A DNA stretch of 64,000 bases from an uncultured cyanobacterium (GTDB lineage Bacteria; Cyanobacteriota; Cyanobacteriia; Pseudanabaenales; Pseudanabaenaceae), in the NCBI GenBank assembly GCA_963703315.1, contig OY969811.1, positions 3,136,001 to 3,200,000 of the forward strand, given 5' to 3'. Shown piece by piece: positions 47,365-58,232 of this stretch (position 1 is its first letter; each line of letters begins with the position of its first letter). The notes below the pieces were generated by a model. The model was not told the origin of the DNA and did no database searches. It was given only the letters and a program-made list of their open reading frames with translations. The translations under genes and the position numbers were made by a program.

Positions 47365-49440
47365 TTACCAGATTTTCCAGTCACTCCAATTGAGATTAAA
47401 AATAGAAGTGTCAGGAAAGGCGATCGCATTACGATTTTGGACTAGAGTTTGCTGTAATTTGCTGAGCAGAGGATTAACTCTCGGTAAGCTTTCAACTAAT
47501 TTATAAGGCAGAATCCCTTCTGACAATGCAAATGATGCCGTTGTACCTGCGGCGGCTCCCACTGACCACTCGTAGGAATGGACGCGATAACCTGCGGCAA
47601 CGATGTAACTGTAGGCAATATTTTTACCAGATACGATCAGATTGTCAACTTTTTGAGGAATTAGCGATCGCAACGGTATTTGTCCTGGAAATGCGGCTCC
47701 GTGACCATTGCGAACTCCTGCCCGTTCGGTATTGCCAGCTTTTTCGACAGGATATTCACTGAGGCAGGGATGAAAATCTAGATAATATTGAGCAATGCCG
47801 ATCGCATCGGGGTAAATTGTGGAACGAGTGCGGCGAGAAATTTTTTGAGGCTCAGTATTATTCCGAATTGCACTGGCGGAATCTATACCTGCTAAAGCTT
47901 TCCAGAGATTGCGATAGGTTTCGTCAGAGAGACTTTGGCGATAGGTGTCGGCACTGAAATCTACTTGTGACACATCAATTTCCGACATACTAAAACCTTC
48001 AGGATAGCCATAGGAAGGACGACCGATAATCCTGCGTGATTCGCGAATATAGGGATATTTGGATAGTCCATGCAAAGTTCCCATTGGTGAATCTAAGCCA
48101 GTCAGCAAACGGTGATTAGGGAAAGGCTTTTTCCAATCAGTTTTTTGCTGTGAGTCGGTCGTTCCTGCAACCAGCCAGTAGTAAAAACCAAGAGCAATTT
48201 CTTCACCACTTTTGAGAGTTTCTGTTCGTAATCCTCCCATCCATCCATTTGACTCCAATTGCCCTGATCGCAATAATTGCTCTCTAGAGTAAATGAGATT
48301 ATCTTTATCAGTTCCTGGACGATAATCATTACCCCAAACCCAGTTCTGCATGGAAATATCACCAGCTTTCATGGATGAAACACCAAAAGCATTCTTTTTA
48401 GGCTTCTCAGTTTCAGCACTCCAAATACGGCGATAGGTGAAGATATTGTCAAAGTTAGCGAGATTGGGCTTAGGGTCAGAGCCGTAATAGGGTAAATAGC
48501 GATCGTAAAAATTGGGCTTTTGTTGTGGTTGTGCCTCAGCCGTCTGCTCCATCGCAAAGGTATAAGTAAATCCTTGAGTGCAGTACGCATCATTCTCAGT
48601 AACGGGTGATGATGGATTAAGATGCGATCGCGGATCAATTCCTAAACGATAGGGAACATCAGCAAGAGCAATGATTTCGCCTGTTTCCGTAGAGTCAATC
48701 ACAAACCAATCACTAGAACGCTTTTGTTTTTGAGAATTAGCTAAGGGAACAAAGCGAATAATTTGTTTTTGCAATCGCGATGAGTTTTCGTAGCGATAGG
48801 CATCATCAATAATTTGTGAAAGTGGCTCAGTATTTAGCGGTGGCGTATTGGATGCGGGACTATGCTGAATCGCGATCGCGCCATCAATCAGTTTGCCATC
48901 AACACTCATTTCTAATTTCTTGATGACCGTATTCGGGAACCATTTCAACTTACCATTACCTTTACGTTCAGCTTCCTGCAACATTTCCGTAAGTATTTGC
49001 TGTGCAGTATTGGGAATAAAACAAGAAACACTTACCCAACAGTCTCCCGCATTCAATTTTCCATACTTCTGTTCAATGCGCTTGCGAAACTCCACATATC
49101 CTTGAGGAAAGAACCAGAGACTGCGTTGTTTTTTTGCTTCATCTAAAGCGGAAGTACCTTGAGAAGTAAGTTGTCCACCCACCCAATCGGTAATCTCAGT
49201 CATGCAAACAGTTCGACCTGCGAGTAATCCTTCATAAGCTGCGGCTGTCCCTGCGACACCACCACCCACGATCAAGATTTCACATTCTTCGCGGCGATCG
49301 AGAGTTTTAGGAATAGAGGTTTGGGCGATCGCATTATTAGTGGTTGTGAATAACGCGACAGTAGAGGCGATCGCATAGATAGCAATACGAATCTGAGAAG
49401 TAAGCTGTTTCAATGACTTTGACATTAGTATAAATTGCAA
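47365..49440 (-). CDS. FAD-dependent oxidoreductase, probably exported
   Basis: GGGVAG FAD motif, TEITDWVGGQLTSQG, PYIRESRRI and SGKNIA; signal-like N-terminus. Confidence 0.85.
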   Translation of the reverse strand: MQFILMSKSLKQLTSQIRIAIYAIASTVALFTTTNNAIAQTSIPKTLDRREECEILIVGGGVAGTAAAYEGLLAGRTVCMTEITDWVGGQLTSQGTSALDEAKKQRSLWFFPQGYVEFRKRIEQKYGKLNAGDCWVSVSCFIPNTAQQILTEMLQEAERKGNGKLKWFPNTVIKKLEMSVDGKLIDGAIAIQHSPASNTPPLNTEPLSQIIDDAYRYENSSRLQKQIIRFVPLANSQKQKRSSDWFVIDSTETGEIIALADVPYRLGIDPRSHLNPSSPVTENDAYCTQGFTYTFAMEQTAEAQPQQKPNFYDRYLPYYGSDPKPNLANFDNIFTYRRIWSAETEKPKKNAFGVSSMKAGDISMQNWVWGNDYRPGTDKDNLIYSREQLLRSGQLESNGWMGGLRTETLKSGEEIALGFYYWLVAGTTDSQQKTDWKKPFPNHRLLTGLDSPMGTLHGLSKYPYIRESRRIIGRPSYGYPEGFSMSEIDVSQVDFSADTYRQSLSDETYRNLWKALAGIDSASAIRNNTEPQKISRRTRSTIYPDAIGIAQYYLDFHPCLSEYPVEKAGNTERAGVRNGHGAAFPGQIPLRSLIPQKVDNLIVSGKNIAYSYIVAAGYRVHSYEWSVGAAAGTTASFALSEGILPYKLVESLPRVNPLLSKLQQTLVQNRNAIAFPDTSIFNLNWSDWKIW

Positions 49441-49773
49441 GTAGCTGCTTAGTTCTGAATTTTCTAAGCATAATGGCGTTCATTATACTTATTGCAAATC
49501 TTTATAAGAACAAGTTTAATAAAACATATCGATATTTGTGATTTCTAATACAGACTTTTGTACGGAATTTAAGCTCAATTTTTTGCTCAACTTGTTGTAA
49601 ATCAATATACTTAGGGACGTGCATTAAAACAAAGAACCGACTTTTGTGGCACGGCAAAGCCGCGCCACAAAAGTCGGTTCTTTATTAAATCGTCAAACTA
49701 TTAGTAAAAATTTAGTGCTTTTTCTAGCAAAAAACTTCTTTGATCAAAGCCCGACTTTTAAAGCGAAAACTTT

Positions 49774-51486
49774 ATGCTTCACCCCTTACCTACTGGATAT
49801 AACTTACACCTAGTTGTACTCTCAGTGCTGATTGCGATATTGGCATCTTATACTGCGCTAGATCTAGCTGGGCGAGTTAACGCTGCCCAAGGTCGCGCCC
49901 AAATTGGTTGGCTTGTGAGTGGCGCAACGATTATGGGGATTGGCATTTGGTCGATGCACTTTATTGGGATGCTTGCCTTTCGCTTACCTATTTCCGTAAA
50001 CTACAACTTCTGGATCGTTCTGGTTTCCATTGCCCCTGCGATCATTGCATCAGGGCTAGCGCTCTTCTTAGTTAGTCGTCCAACCTTAGATTGGCGATCG
50101 CTTTTAGGAGGTAGCCTTTTTATGGGGGGCGGTATTGTCTCTATGCACTACCTTGGTATGGCGGCGATGCATCTTCCTGCGGTGGTTACTTATGATCTGC
50201 GAGTTGTTGCCTTTTCAGTTTTAATTGCGATCGCCATCTCATTTGTAGCTCTGTTACTGGTCTTTCGGCTAAGAGATGATGACGCACTCCAACAAACGCG
50301 CAAAAAGATTCTCAGTGCCATCATTATGGGCTTAGCAATTCCCACGATGCACTATACGGGATTAGCCGCAGCTTCGTTTATGCCGATGCCAAATACAGAA
50401 CTATTGAGCTTAACAACTCCCGAAAATTCTGAATTACTAGCTGCCACAGTGAGTATCGGAACTCTAATTGTTTTAGGAGTCGCATTACTAACAGCCTTTT
50501 TTGATCGCCGCTTAGCTGCATCACAAGAAAGTGAGCGCCAAACTCAAGCTCAGGCTGAACAGTTACGGGAATCAGAAGCTCAACTTAGACAACAAACAGC
50601 AGAATTGCAAAAGACGATGCAGGCTCTGAGCCGCACTCAAACCCAACTGGTACAGAGTGAAAAAATGTCTATTTTGGGACAATTAGTAGCGGGAATAGCC
50701 CATGAAATCAACAACCCCGTCAACTTCATTCACGGTAATCTTCCCCATATCCAAAACTATTCTCAAGACTTACTGAAGTTGATCAAACTATACCAACAGC
50801 ATTATCCTAATGCGATCGCTGATATCCAAGACTTAGCCGATGAGATCGATCTAGATTTTGTGCAGGAAGATCTCATGAAAACTATTAACTCAATGAAAGT
50901 GGGTACAGAGCGAATTCGCCAAATCGTCCTATCGCTAAGGAACTTCTCTAGAATCGATGAAGCGGAATGCAAAGCAGTCGATATTCATGAAGGTATTGAC
51001 AACACAATTATGATTTTAGAACATCGACTGAAAGCAAATCACGAACGTTCAGCTATTCATGTAGTCCGCAAATATGATAGTGGGCTACCTCTAATTAATT
51101 GCTATCCTGGAGAGCTTAATCAGGTATTCATGAACATTCTATCTAATGCCATTGATGCTTTAGAAGAATCTAACCTCCAAAAGTCATCTCATGGAAATAG
51201 CGATCGCCACAGTCAGATTACAGTCCGCACTTTATTTATAGACTCTCAATGGATCCAAATTGAGATTGCCGATAATGGTTCTGGTATTCCTGAAGAAATC
51301 CAACCAAGAATTTTCGATCCATTTTTTACAACTAAACCCGCAGGTAAGGGAACTGGTATGGGAATGTCCATCAGCTCCCAAATCGTTACCGAAAAACATC
51401 ATGGAAAATTAACCTGTTTCTCAAAGCTGGGTGAGGGTTCAGAATTTGTAATTAAAATTCCTATTCATTGCAATCTGCCAGAATAG
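49774..51486 (+). CDS. MHYT-domain sensor histidine kinase
   Basis: MHFIGM, MHYLGM and MHYTG repeats; H-box AHEINNP; N, G1 and G2 boxes. Confidence 0.93.
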   Translation: MLHPLPTGYNLHLVVLSVLIAILASYTALDLAGRVNAAQGRAQIGWLVSGATIMGIGIWSMHFIGMLAFRLPISVNYNFWIVLVSIAPAIIASGLALFLVSRPTLDWRSLLGGSLFMGGGIVSMHYLGMAAMHLPAVVTYDLRVVAFSVLIAIAISFVALLLVFRLRDDDALQQTRKKILSAIIMGLAIPTMHYTGLAAASFMPMPNTELLSLTTPENSELLAATVSIGTLIVLGVALLTAFFDRRLAASQESERQTQAQAEQLRESEAQLRQQTAELQKTMQALSRTQTQLVQSEKMSILGQLVAGIAHEINNPVNFIHGNLPHIQNYSQDLLKLIKLYQQHYPNAIADIQDLADEIDLDFVQEDLMKTINSMKVGTERIRQIVLSLRNFSRIDEAECKAVDIHEGIDNTIMILEHRLKANHERSAIHVVRKYDSGLPLINCYPGELNQVFMNILSNAIDALEESNLQKSSHGNSDRHSQITVRTLFIDSQWIQIEIADNGSGIPEEIQPRIFDPFFTTKPAGKGTGMGMSISSQIVTEKHHGKLTCFSKLGEGSEFVIKIPIHCNLPE

Positions 51487-51549
51487 TTACAAATTGACAT
51501 TGCTATTCCATCCTACCCTGCTAGCAATCTTTTAATTTCTTTGTAAAAG

Positions 51550-51604
51550 CATAAACGAAGCTTAACCGTACATTAAATTATAGAAGCAATTTGAAAAGTA
51601 TGAT
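51550..51604 (+). promoter_or_regulatory. Putative Pho box (SphR/PhoB) and -10 element
   Basis: Three 8-mers at 11-bp spacing (cataaacg 51550, cttaaccg 51561, attaaatt 51572) resembling PyTTAAPyPy(T/A); tatgat at 51599-51604; upstream of porin and phoX. Confidence 0.6.
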
Positions 51605-51630
51605 GACTTTTAGTGTGAGAAAAAGGCATC

Positions 51631-53331
51631 ATGTTGTACATCAAAAAGTCCACCATACAACCCGTTGCGGTTGCATCAATTCTATTAGCTTCGCTCAATG
51701 TTGGAAGTGCTAATGCAAATGAACTAAGAATAAGTTCTACTTCCCCGAATACTAGCAATATATCGAACACCTTACAAAAAATTGATAACGATATCCTAGT
51801 TGCGCCTTCAGCACTAGAATCTGAGCAGATTTCTCAAAATGTGACTGCGGTATCACAACTTTCCGATGTGCGCCCAACTGATTGGGCTTTTACCGCATTA
51901 CAGTCTCTAGTAGAGAGATATGGTTGTATTGCTGGCTATCCCGATCGCACCTATCGCGGCAAAAATGCCCTATCCCGTTACGAGTTTGCGGCGGGTTTAA
52001 ATGCTTGCCTTGACAAGATTAACGAAATTATTTCTGCTGGTTTAGCTGATAAAGTCAGCAAAGAAGACCTTGCCGCGCTGCAAAAGCTTCAAGAGGAATT
52101 TGCCGCCGAACTCGCAACATTAAGAGGTCGAGTTGATGCTCTAGATGCGAAAGTTGCCAAACTCGAAGCTCAGCAATTTTCTACTACCACCAAGTTGAGT
52201 GCAACCGTAATCTTTGCTCTGGCGGATACCTTTGGGGGCGTAGGCACAGGAACTGCTCTCCAAAATCCTCAAAAAACCGCCAATTCTACAAACGCCAATT
52301 TTTCCTATCGCGCTAGATTGAACTTTGACACTAGCTTTACAGGAAAAGATTTACTTCGTACCCGTCTACAAGCAGGCAACAATCCCCAGTTAGGCAGTGC
52401 GGCTGGGACTGACATGGCTCGTTTGGCATTTAGACAAGATACTAGCAATACATTTCAAATCGATAAGTTCTACTATCGATTTCCAATTGGTGAAAGCTTA
52501 ACTGCCTATGTTGGAGCCAATGCCCTCGATACCGATGATATTGCTAACACGCTGAATCCTTATTTTGAAAGCAGCGATAAAGGCGCTTTATCGAGATTTG
52601 GTCGTTTCGATCCACTATTGTTTCGCGCACCTTCTGGCGCTGGCTTAGGCTTGATTTATAAGATTAATCCTCAGTTTACCGTTGCTGCAAGTTACCTCGC
52701 AAATTCTGGTGATGCTCCTAATGCTGCATCTGCAACTGGTCAAGGTGGTTTGTTTAATGGCGCTTATAGTGCAAATGTGCAGCTAGTTTTTGCGCCAACA
52801 TCTGACTTGAAATTTGGCTTGGCTTATGCACGTACCTTTGAACCAGGTTCGCTCTTAAATTTGAGTGGCAGCACAGGTAGTAACTTTGGTAACAAGCCAT
52901 TTGCTACTGCCGCCAATGTGGGCTTTGATACTTCTGCCGATCGCTATGGCGCACAATTCAGTTGGAGAGCTTCTAAAGGCTTTAACTTAGGCGGCTGGAT
53001 TGGTTTTGCTAATGCCCGTCAACAATCAGGCGTAGGCGCAGGCAACACTGCCAATTTATTCAACTGGAGCGTCAACCTTGCATTCCCAGATTTGTTTGCT
53101 GAGGGCAATACTGGTGGGATTATTTTTGGACAGCCTCCAAAGGTAACTTCTAACACCAATGCTTTAAGAATTGACCCCGACACTTCCTATCTTTTAGAAC
53201 TGCAATACAACTTCCGCCTTAGCAAAAATGTCTCGGTTACCCCTGGAGTTTTCGCTGTCTTCAATCCTAATCACAATAACTTGAATCCCACAACTTGGGT
53301 TGCCACGATTAGAACTCTATTTACCTTCTAA
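51631..53331 (+). CDS. Cyanobacterial SLH-domain outer-membrane porin (SomA/OprB-like)
   Basis: SDVRPTDWAF.ALQSLVERYGCIAGYP, FSTTTKL and terminal Phe. Confidence 0.95.
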   Translation: MLYIKKSTIQPVAVASILLASLNVGSANANELRISSTSPNTSNISNTLQKIDNDILVAPSALESEQISQNVTAVSQLSDVRPTDWAFTALQSLVERYGCIAGYPDRTYRGKNALSRYEFAAGLNACLDKINEIISAGLADKVSKEDLAALQKLQEEFAAELATLRGRVDALDAKVAKLEAQQFSTTTKLSATVIFALADTFGGVGTGTALQNPQKTANSTNANFSYRARLNFDTSFTGKDLLRTRLQAGNNPQLGSAAGTDMARLAFRQDTSNTFQIDKFYYRFPIGESLTAYVGANALDTDDIANTLNPYFESSDKGALSRFGRFDPLLFRAPSGAGLGLIYKINPQFTVAASYLANSGDAPNAASATGQGGLFNGAYSANVQLVFAPTSDLKFGLAYARTFEPGSLLNLSGSTGSNFGNKPFATAANVGFDTSADRYGAQFSWRASKGFNLGGWIGFANARQQSGVGAGNTANLFNWSVNLAFPDLFAEGNTGGIIFGQPPKVTSNTNALRIDPDTSYLLELQYNFRLSKNVSVTPGVFAVFNPNHNNLNPTTWVATIRTLFTF

Positions 53332-53412
53332 ATACCAAAGCTAAAAATGGCATAGCCATTTTTAGCTTTGGTTACGAGTTTCTAAAATATTGCAGTTTTT
53401 CCATCAACAATT

Positions 53413-55644
53413 ATGACGATCAAGCGTAGAGATTTCTTAACTTTCTTGGGCGGTATGGGTGGAGCAATGCTATTTGATGCAATGCCTCGCAATCCTCATA
53501 CTTCCAGATTTTCCATGCCTTTCATTGGTTCTGAAACTAGTAATGAAGCTTTTGCCGCAACATCTTCAAAACTAAGCTTTAAACCAATTAAAGGCGTAAT
53601 GCCCCTAGTAACTGATTCAGTTTCTGCATCTAAACAGAGTCAAGTTTACAAAAATGTAGAAGTGATTGATGATTTAGTACTTCCTGAAGGCTTTGTTTAT
53701 GATGTAATCGCTGCATGGGGCGATCGCGTTGGCGACTCACGTTTTGGTTATAACAATGACTATCTATCTCTAGTGGAAACTAGTAAGAACGAAGGTTACT
53801 TGACAGTCAATTTTGAATATATTAGTGCCGTTCCTTGGGAACAAGCTTACGAGAAAGTGATCGGGAAATCTTTACCTTTTAAAGAAGTAGACTCAGCACT
53901 AAAAGCCTTAGACAAAAAAGATATCGATGCTTGGTCTTTAGTAGATAGCGATCCTCTCAAAGAGAAAATCGCGTTGATTTCTAAAGAAGCGATGATCGAT
54001 CTTGGTATTGGCGTAATTTCAGTACGTCGTAATCCTGACGGTAAATGGGTACGCACCAATTCCACCGCCGATCGCCGCATTACAGGTATCTCTGGTTTAG
54101 AAGATAATCGCTATCTCAAGTCAACGGGACCTGCCGTCGCCATTTTCCGCAAAGAGAAAGGCTTAGGCTATACCGATAAATTAGGCGATCGCATTATCGG
54201 CACATTCAACAATTGTGCAGGTGGTACAAGTCCTTGGGGAACTGTCTTTAGCGCCGAAGAGAACTATCAAAACTTTGTGCCAGAGCCAGTTATGCCCGAT
54301 GGTACTTCCCTTTCTCCTAGCAAGAAGAAGTTTACTAAGGATGATGGTGAACTCGTCGGCGTTGCTAATGTATTTGGCTTGGCAGGTAACAAATATGGCT
54401 GGATGGTCGAAATCGATCCTGCAAATCCCAATGACTACGGCACTAAGCACACTTGGTTAGGACGCTTCCGCCATGAAGCGGTGGGCATTCGTGCTGAAGC
54501 TGGTAAGCCCTTAGTGTTTTATTCTGGTTGCGATCGCCGAGGTGGACATCTTTATAAATTTGTCAGCACGGGCATTGTCAAAGATCCTAAAGATAAATCG
54601 AACTCTAAACTTTTAGAATCGGGAATGCTCTATGCGGCTAAATTTAATGCTGATGGCACAGGTAGTTGGATTGCACTAAAGCCTTCCACAGCGATCAATC
54701 CTCATAAATTGGATGTGCTTGGCGGCAAAATGCTACCACTTCCCCAACGTCCTGAAGGTGGAGTTTTCAAAGCAACCAAAGAAGAAGAGATTACGGAATT
54801 TAAGTCCAAGTTCAAGACTTTGGGTGATCTCTATACTGGCAGCGATCGCGAAAAGCAAGGGGCAATCCTGATCGATGCTCACTATGCCGCTAATGCCGCA
54901 GGGGCAACCTGTACGGCTCGTCCTGAAGATACGAAAGTTGCTGCGGATGGTTCTTTATTCATCGCCTTTACCTCTGGTTCTGCCAGTTCCAGTGATGGCA
55001 GTCCCGACTTACGCATCTTTAAAGGTGCAGATGGAAAAGCTTATGAATATGGCTGGCTCATGCGTCTCAATGAAGATGCTAATAAACCTGAAGCCATGAA
55101 TTTCAAATGGTCACTAATTGCTACAGGTGGTGAGCCAGCCGAAGGCGGGCTTGGTTTCTCAAATCCTGATAACCTAGCGATCGATCGCGGTGGCAATCTT
55201 TGGATGGTCACAGATATCTCTAGCGATAAATACAATCTCGCCATTCCTAGCCGTCAAGATAAATCAGAGAAACCCATCAGTCAATCCAACTTGCGCGGTT
55301 TGTACGGCAATAGTTCAATTTGGTTCTTGCCAACCTCTGGTGAAAATCTTGGTAAAGCGTACCTCTTTGGCTTTGGTCCAATGGAAAGCGAAACTACAGG
55401 TCCTTTCTTCTCCAACGATCAACAAACATTATTCCTGTCTGTGCAACACCCTGGTGAAGTACTGGGTACTCGTAAAGATATGGCGTTTGAGTCTCGCAAG
55501 TTTGCCATGAAAACTACTGATGGCAAAGAATTTATGCAAACCCGTAAAGTCCCCCTAGGTTCCAACTGGCCTACTCGCAAGCCAAATGATCCTCCTAAAC
55601 CTGCGGTAGTAGCGATCCGCAAGATCGATAACAGTTCTATCTAA
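53413..55644 (+). CDS. phoX: PhoX alkaline phosphatase (Tat-exported)
   Basis: KRRDFL Tat motif; NCAGG.SPWGT..SAEEN, GRFRHE, RPED, NPDN and SVQHPGE motifs. Confidence 0.92.
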   Translation: MTIKRRDFLTFLGGMGGAMLFDAMPRNPHTSRFSMPFIGSETSNEAFAATSSKLSFKPIKGVMPLVTDSVSASKQSQVYKNVEVIDDLVLPEGFVYDVIAAWGDRVGDSRFGYNNDYLSLVETSKNEGYLTVNFEYISAVPWEQAYEKVIGKSLPFKEVDSALKALDKKDIDAWSLVDSDPLKEKIALISKEAMIDLGIGVISVRRNPDGKWVRTNSTADRRITGISGLEDNRYLKSTGPAVAIFRKEKGLGYTDKLGDRIIGTFNNCAGGTSPWGTVFSAEENYQNFVPEPVMPDGTSLSPSKKKFTKDDGELVGVANVFGLAGNKYGWMVEIDPANPNDYGTKHTWLGRFRHEAVGIRAEAGKPLVFYSGCDRRGGHLYKFVSTGIVKDPKDKSNSKLLESGMLYAAKFNADGTGSWIALKPSTAINPHKLDVLGGKMLPLPQRPEGGVFKATKEEEITEFKSKFKTLGDLYTGSDREKQGAILIDAHYAANAAGATCTARPEDTKVAADGSLFIAFTSGSASSSDGSPDLRIFKGADGKAYEYGWLMRLNEDANKPEAMNFKWSLIATGGEPAEGGLGFSNPDNLAIDRGGNLWMVTDISSDKYNLAIPSRQDKSEKPISQSNLRGLYGNSSIWFLPTSGENLGKAYLFGFGPMESETTGPFFSNDQQTLFLSVQHPGEVLGTRKDMAFESRKFAMKTTDGKEFMQTRKVPLGSNWPTRKPNDPPKPAVVAIRKIDNSSI

Positions 55645-55717
55645 ATTGTTATCCAAAGGAGATGGCGGCACAAAGTGTCGCCATCTCCTGTTTTTATTTA
55701 ACGGTATTTAATAAAAT

Positions 55718-56377
55718 TTAAGCTTCATCTTCAATCCCCAAAGCACGCAAACGTTCTGCTAAGCGATCGGCTCTTTGTTTTTCTTGTAACAATTGCTCTG
55801 AGACATCTTTGAGGTTAGTAAATTTCTTACCATCGGGGAAATAAAGCTCTAATTCTGTGCCAGTGAGATCAAAACGAATCCCTAATCTAGGACTGATCCA
55901 GCCATCGATTATATCAATCACTTCTAGCTCATTGCCGATGCGCTGCCATCCTGTAAGGTCAATGCAGCTAGGGTCGTACAGATAATATTCTTCAATACCA
56001 TAGCGCTCGTAAAACTTTAGCTTCTTTGCCATTTCGCTAGTTCTGTTCCCGGGGGAGAGAATCTCGAAAGCAACTTGAGGTGCAATACCATCCTCGAGCC
56101 ATTGCATATAGGAGCCACGCCTGCCTTTGGGTCTACCAAATACAACCATTGCATCAGGGGCAGTACGGATCGTATTGTTGCCCTCAATGGGATACCAGAG
56201 TAAATCACCCGCAACAAATACATTGGTGTCTTTTGCAAAGAGACATTCCAAGTTCTCTTTGATCATCACAATCCAATCAAATTGTTCGGTATTGTTGCTC
56301 ATTGGTAGCCCGTCATCGTCTGGATAAACAACTTTTGGAGAAGATGATGTTTGAGAAGGTGGCATTTGCAAAATCAT
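55718..56377 (-). CDS. Uma2 family endonuclease-like protein
   Basis: YPDDDG.PM, APDAMVVFG, FEILSP and YG.EEYYLYDP motifs. Confidence 0.9.
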   Translation of the reverse strand: MILQMPPSQTSSSPKVVYPDDDGLPMSNNTEQFDWIVMIKENLECLFAKDTNVFVAGDLLWYPIEGNNTIRTAPDAMVVFGRPKGRRGSYMQWLEDGIAPQVAFEILSPGNRTSEMAKKLKFYERYGIEEYYLYDPSCIDLTGWQRIGNELEVIDIIDGWISPRLGIRFDLTGTELELYFPDGKKFTNLKDVSEQLLQEKQRADRLAERLRALGIEDEA

Positions 56378-56414
56378 CGTGCGACCTCAAATCTATGTAG
56401 TTGCCTATCTAGTA

Positions 56415-56496
56415 TATAGCGGTTTTCATTGTGCCTACTGCAAAAAGCAACCCACAAACCTTTACTGTGATTGTTGTTTGCTTTGCAAAACGCTAT
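56415..56496. repeat. Short MITE-like element in the petJ upstream region
   Basis: Imperfect inverted ends atagcggttttca ... tgcaaaacgctat. Confidence 0.45.
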
Positions 56497-56509
56497 CCCT
56501 TTTTTGTTT

Positions 56510-56520
56510 GACGGGCTGTC
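56510..56520. promoter_or_regulatory. Candidate PetR copper-switch operator
   Basis: GAC-gggct-GTC overlapping a TTGAC -35-like sequence, about 135 bp upstream of petJ; the GAC-N5-GTC consensus is from recall. Confidence 0.4.
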
Positions 56521-56654
56521 TTTTGACTATCAGAGCAAATACCGTCATGATAGACGCAGACTAAAATTTAACTCGACTTTGCGGCTAAGCCGCGTAGGGC
56601 ATTAGCAAAGGCTTTGCCCTTATTTTTCGTAAATAAATAAGGACTACATAATTT

Positions 56655-56996
56655 ATGAAACGCATTTTTTCGATTCTCGCGATCGCCCTAACCATGTTGA
56701 TGAGCCTTACCTTCAGTCAGCCTGCTTTTGCTGAAGTATCCGCAGGTGCAAAAATCTTTAACAATAACTGCGCTCAATGTCATGCAGGTGGCAGAAATAA
56801 CGTAGTTGCCGCCAAAACCTTAAAAAAAGATGCCTTGGAGAAGTATGGCAAAAACACAGTCGAAGCGATCGCTATGCAAGTTACTAACGGTAAAGGAGCC
56901 ATGCCTGCTTTTGGTAAAAAACTCAGCCCTGAAGAGATTAATTTAGTGGCTAGCTATGTGCTTGAGCAAGCTGAGAAAGATTGGGCTAAGGGCTAA
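56655..56996 (+). CDS. petJ: Cytochrome c6
   Basis: Signal peptide PAFA, CAQCH heme motif, KTLKK..LE and GKGAMPAF with axial Met. Confidence 0.93.
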   Translation: MKRIFSILAIALTMLMSLTFSQPAFAEVSAGAKIFNNNCAQCHAGGRNNVVAAKTLKKDALEKYGKNTVEAIAMQVTNGKGAMPAFGKKLSPEEINLVASYVLEQAEKDWAKG

Positions 56997-57060
56997 AAAA
57001 ATCAGTCAAGCCTCGTACTACGAGGCTTGACTTAATCAATATGTTTTTTCAAAAACTTCT

Positions 57061-57735
57061 ATGAACCAAAGTAATTCTTCATCTCGACTTGTATCTAAAT
57101 TCTTAGTTTTACTATCTTGTAACACTATTACAGCGATCGCCACTACCGCGATCGCCATTGAGCCAAATGTAAAACCTAGCGCCAGTTCTCGTATTTTTAA
57201 TGTCAAAGGGGAGGAGGTTGGAACTGCTACTTTTACCCAAACCTCGGCAGGGGTAAAAGTGACGTTACAAGTACAAAAGCTCAATCCAGGGGAACACATG
57301 GTGCATTTACATGAAAATGGCAAGTGTGACGCACCAGACTTTAAGACTTCAGGGAATCATTTTGATCCCAAAGTTAATTCTAAAGTTGATCCCAAGAAAT
57401 CCGATGCTCAGCGCAATGAGATAAATCATCATCACAAGCATGAAGCCTCTAAAACTGAGAATGTTCACTCAGAAACGGCTCACACCGAAAACGCTCATCG
57501 TAACTCATCCCATAAACCTGCGGGTGACTTGCCAAATATTCTGGTTAAACAGGATGGGACAGGTACTCTAACAGCGACATTGCCTACTTTAACTTTGGGT
57601 ATGGGAAGAAATTCATTGCTCAAACAAGGCGGTACATCAATTCTCATTCACGCAGGGGCAAATGGTAAATCGACAATTCCCAATGTGGATTATAAAACTC
57701 GCATTGCCTGTGGAATTATTAAGCCACAGCCATAA
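57061..57735 (+). CDS. sodC: Cu/Zn superoxide dismutase-like exported protein with His-rich insert
   Basis: HMVHLHE..C, GNHFDP, GDLPNI, ILIHA and RIACG motifs; activity uncertain. Confidence 0.8.
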   Translation: MNQSNSSSRLVSKFLVLLSCNTITAIATTAIAIEPNVKPSASSRIFNVKGEEVGTATFTQTSAGVKVTLQVQKLNPGEHMVHLHENGKCDAPDFKTSGNHFDPKVNSKVDPKKSDAQRNEINHHHKHEASKTENVHSETAHTENAHRNSSHKPAGDLPNILVKQDGTGTLTATLPTLTLGMGRNSLLKQGGTSILIHAGANGKSTIPNVDYKTRIACGIIKPQP

Positions 57736-57752
57736 ATAGAAGGAAATCAATC

Positions 57753-58208
57753 ATGCTAGAAGTAGCTTCTACGTTACTAAGTTTTAGTCTTTCTATTCCT
57801 CATAGAAACTGGAATCATCATTTTGGAAATTTATCATCACCTGTTCTGATTGCCCATGAAGTGAGAACTTCTCAAGAAGTCGGTGGCACAATCCATATTG
57901 AGCCTAACGATCGCCCTGTGGCTGGCAAAAAAACTCGCATCTGGATCGCACTTACTAGACGTGGTGGCGAGGTTATTCCCTATAGTAAATGTAATTGTCG
58001 AATGGAAGTGCGATCGCTCACAGATCGTAGTATTCAATTTACGGTATCTGATTCTCTAGCCATTATTGAACGTTACTTGGGCTTACCGAGTCTAGAAGTC
58101 ACATTTCCACAGGTGGGGAGGTATGAGCTAAAACTAAGTGGTTCACCGAGAGGAAATACAGATTTTGCCCCCTTTGAATTGACTTTTACGACCAATGTGG
58201 GCAGATAG
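57753..58208 (+). CDS. Hypothetical His/Cys-containing protein, possibly metal-binding
   Basis: A-HEV...GGTIHIEPND.P.AG, CNC and FP..G.Y.L.L.G.P. Confidence 0.7.
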   Translation: MLEVASTLLSFSLSIPHRNWNHHFGNLSSPVLIAHEVRTSQEVGGTIHIEPNDRPVAGKKTRIWIALTRRGGEVIPYSKCNCRMEVRSLTDRSIQFTVSDSLAIIERYLGLPSLEVTFPQVGRYELKLSGSPRGNTDFAPFELTFTTNVGR

Positions 58209-58232
58209 GACGCAAAGCGCTATAAATAAAGA

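Noticed and set aside
49597..49610. GTA-N8-TAC NtcA-like site between the FAD oxidoreductase and MHYT kinase genes
   Set aside because: No properly spaced -10 box on either side, it abuts a repeat, and such a short motif arises by chance in AT-rich DNA.
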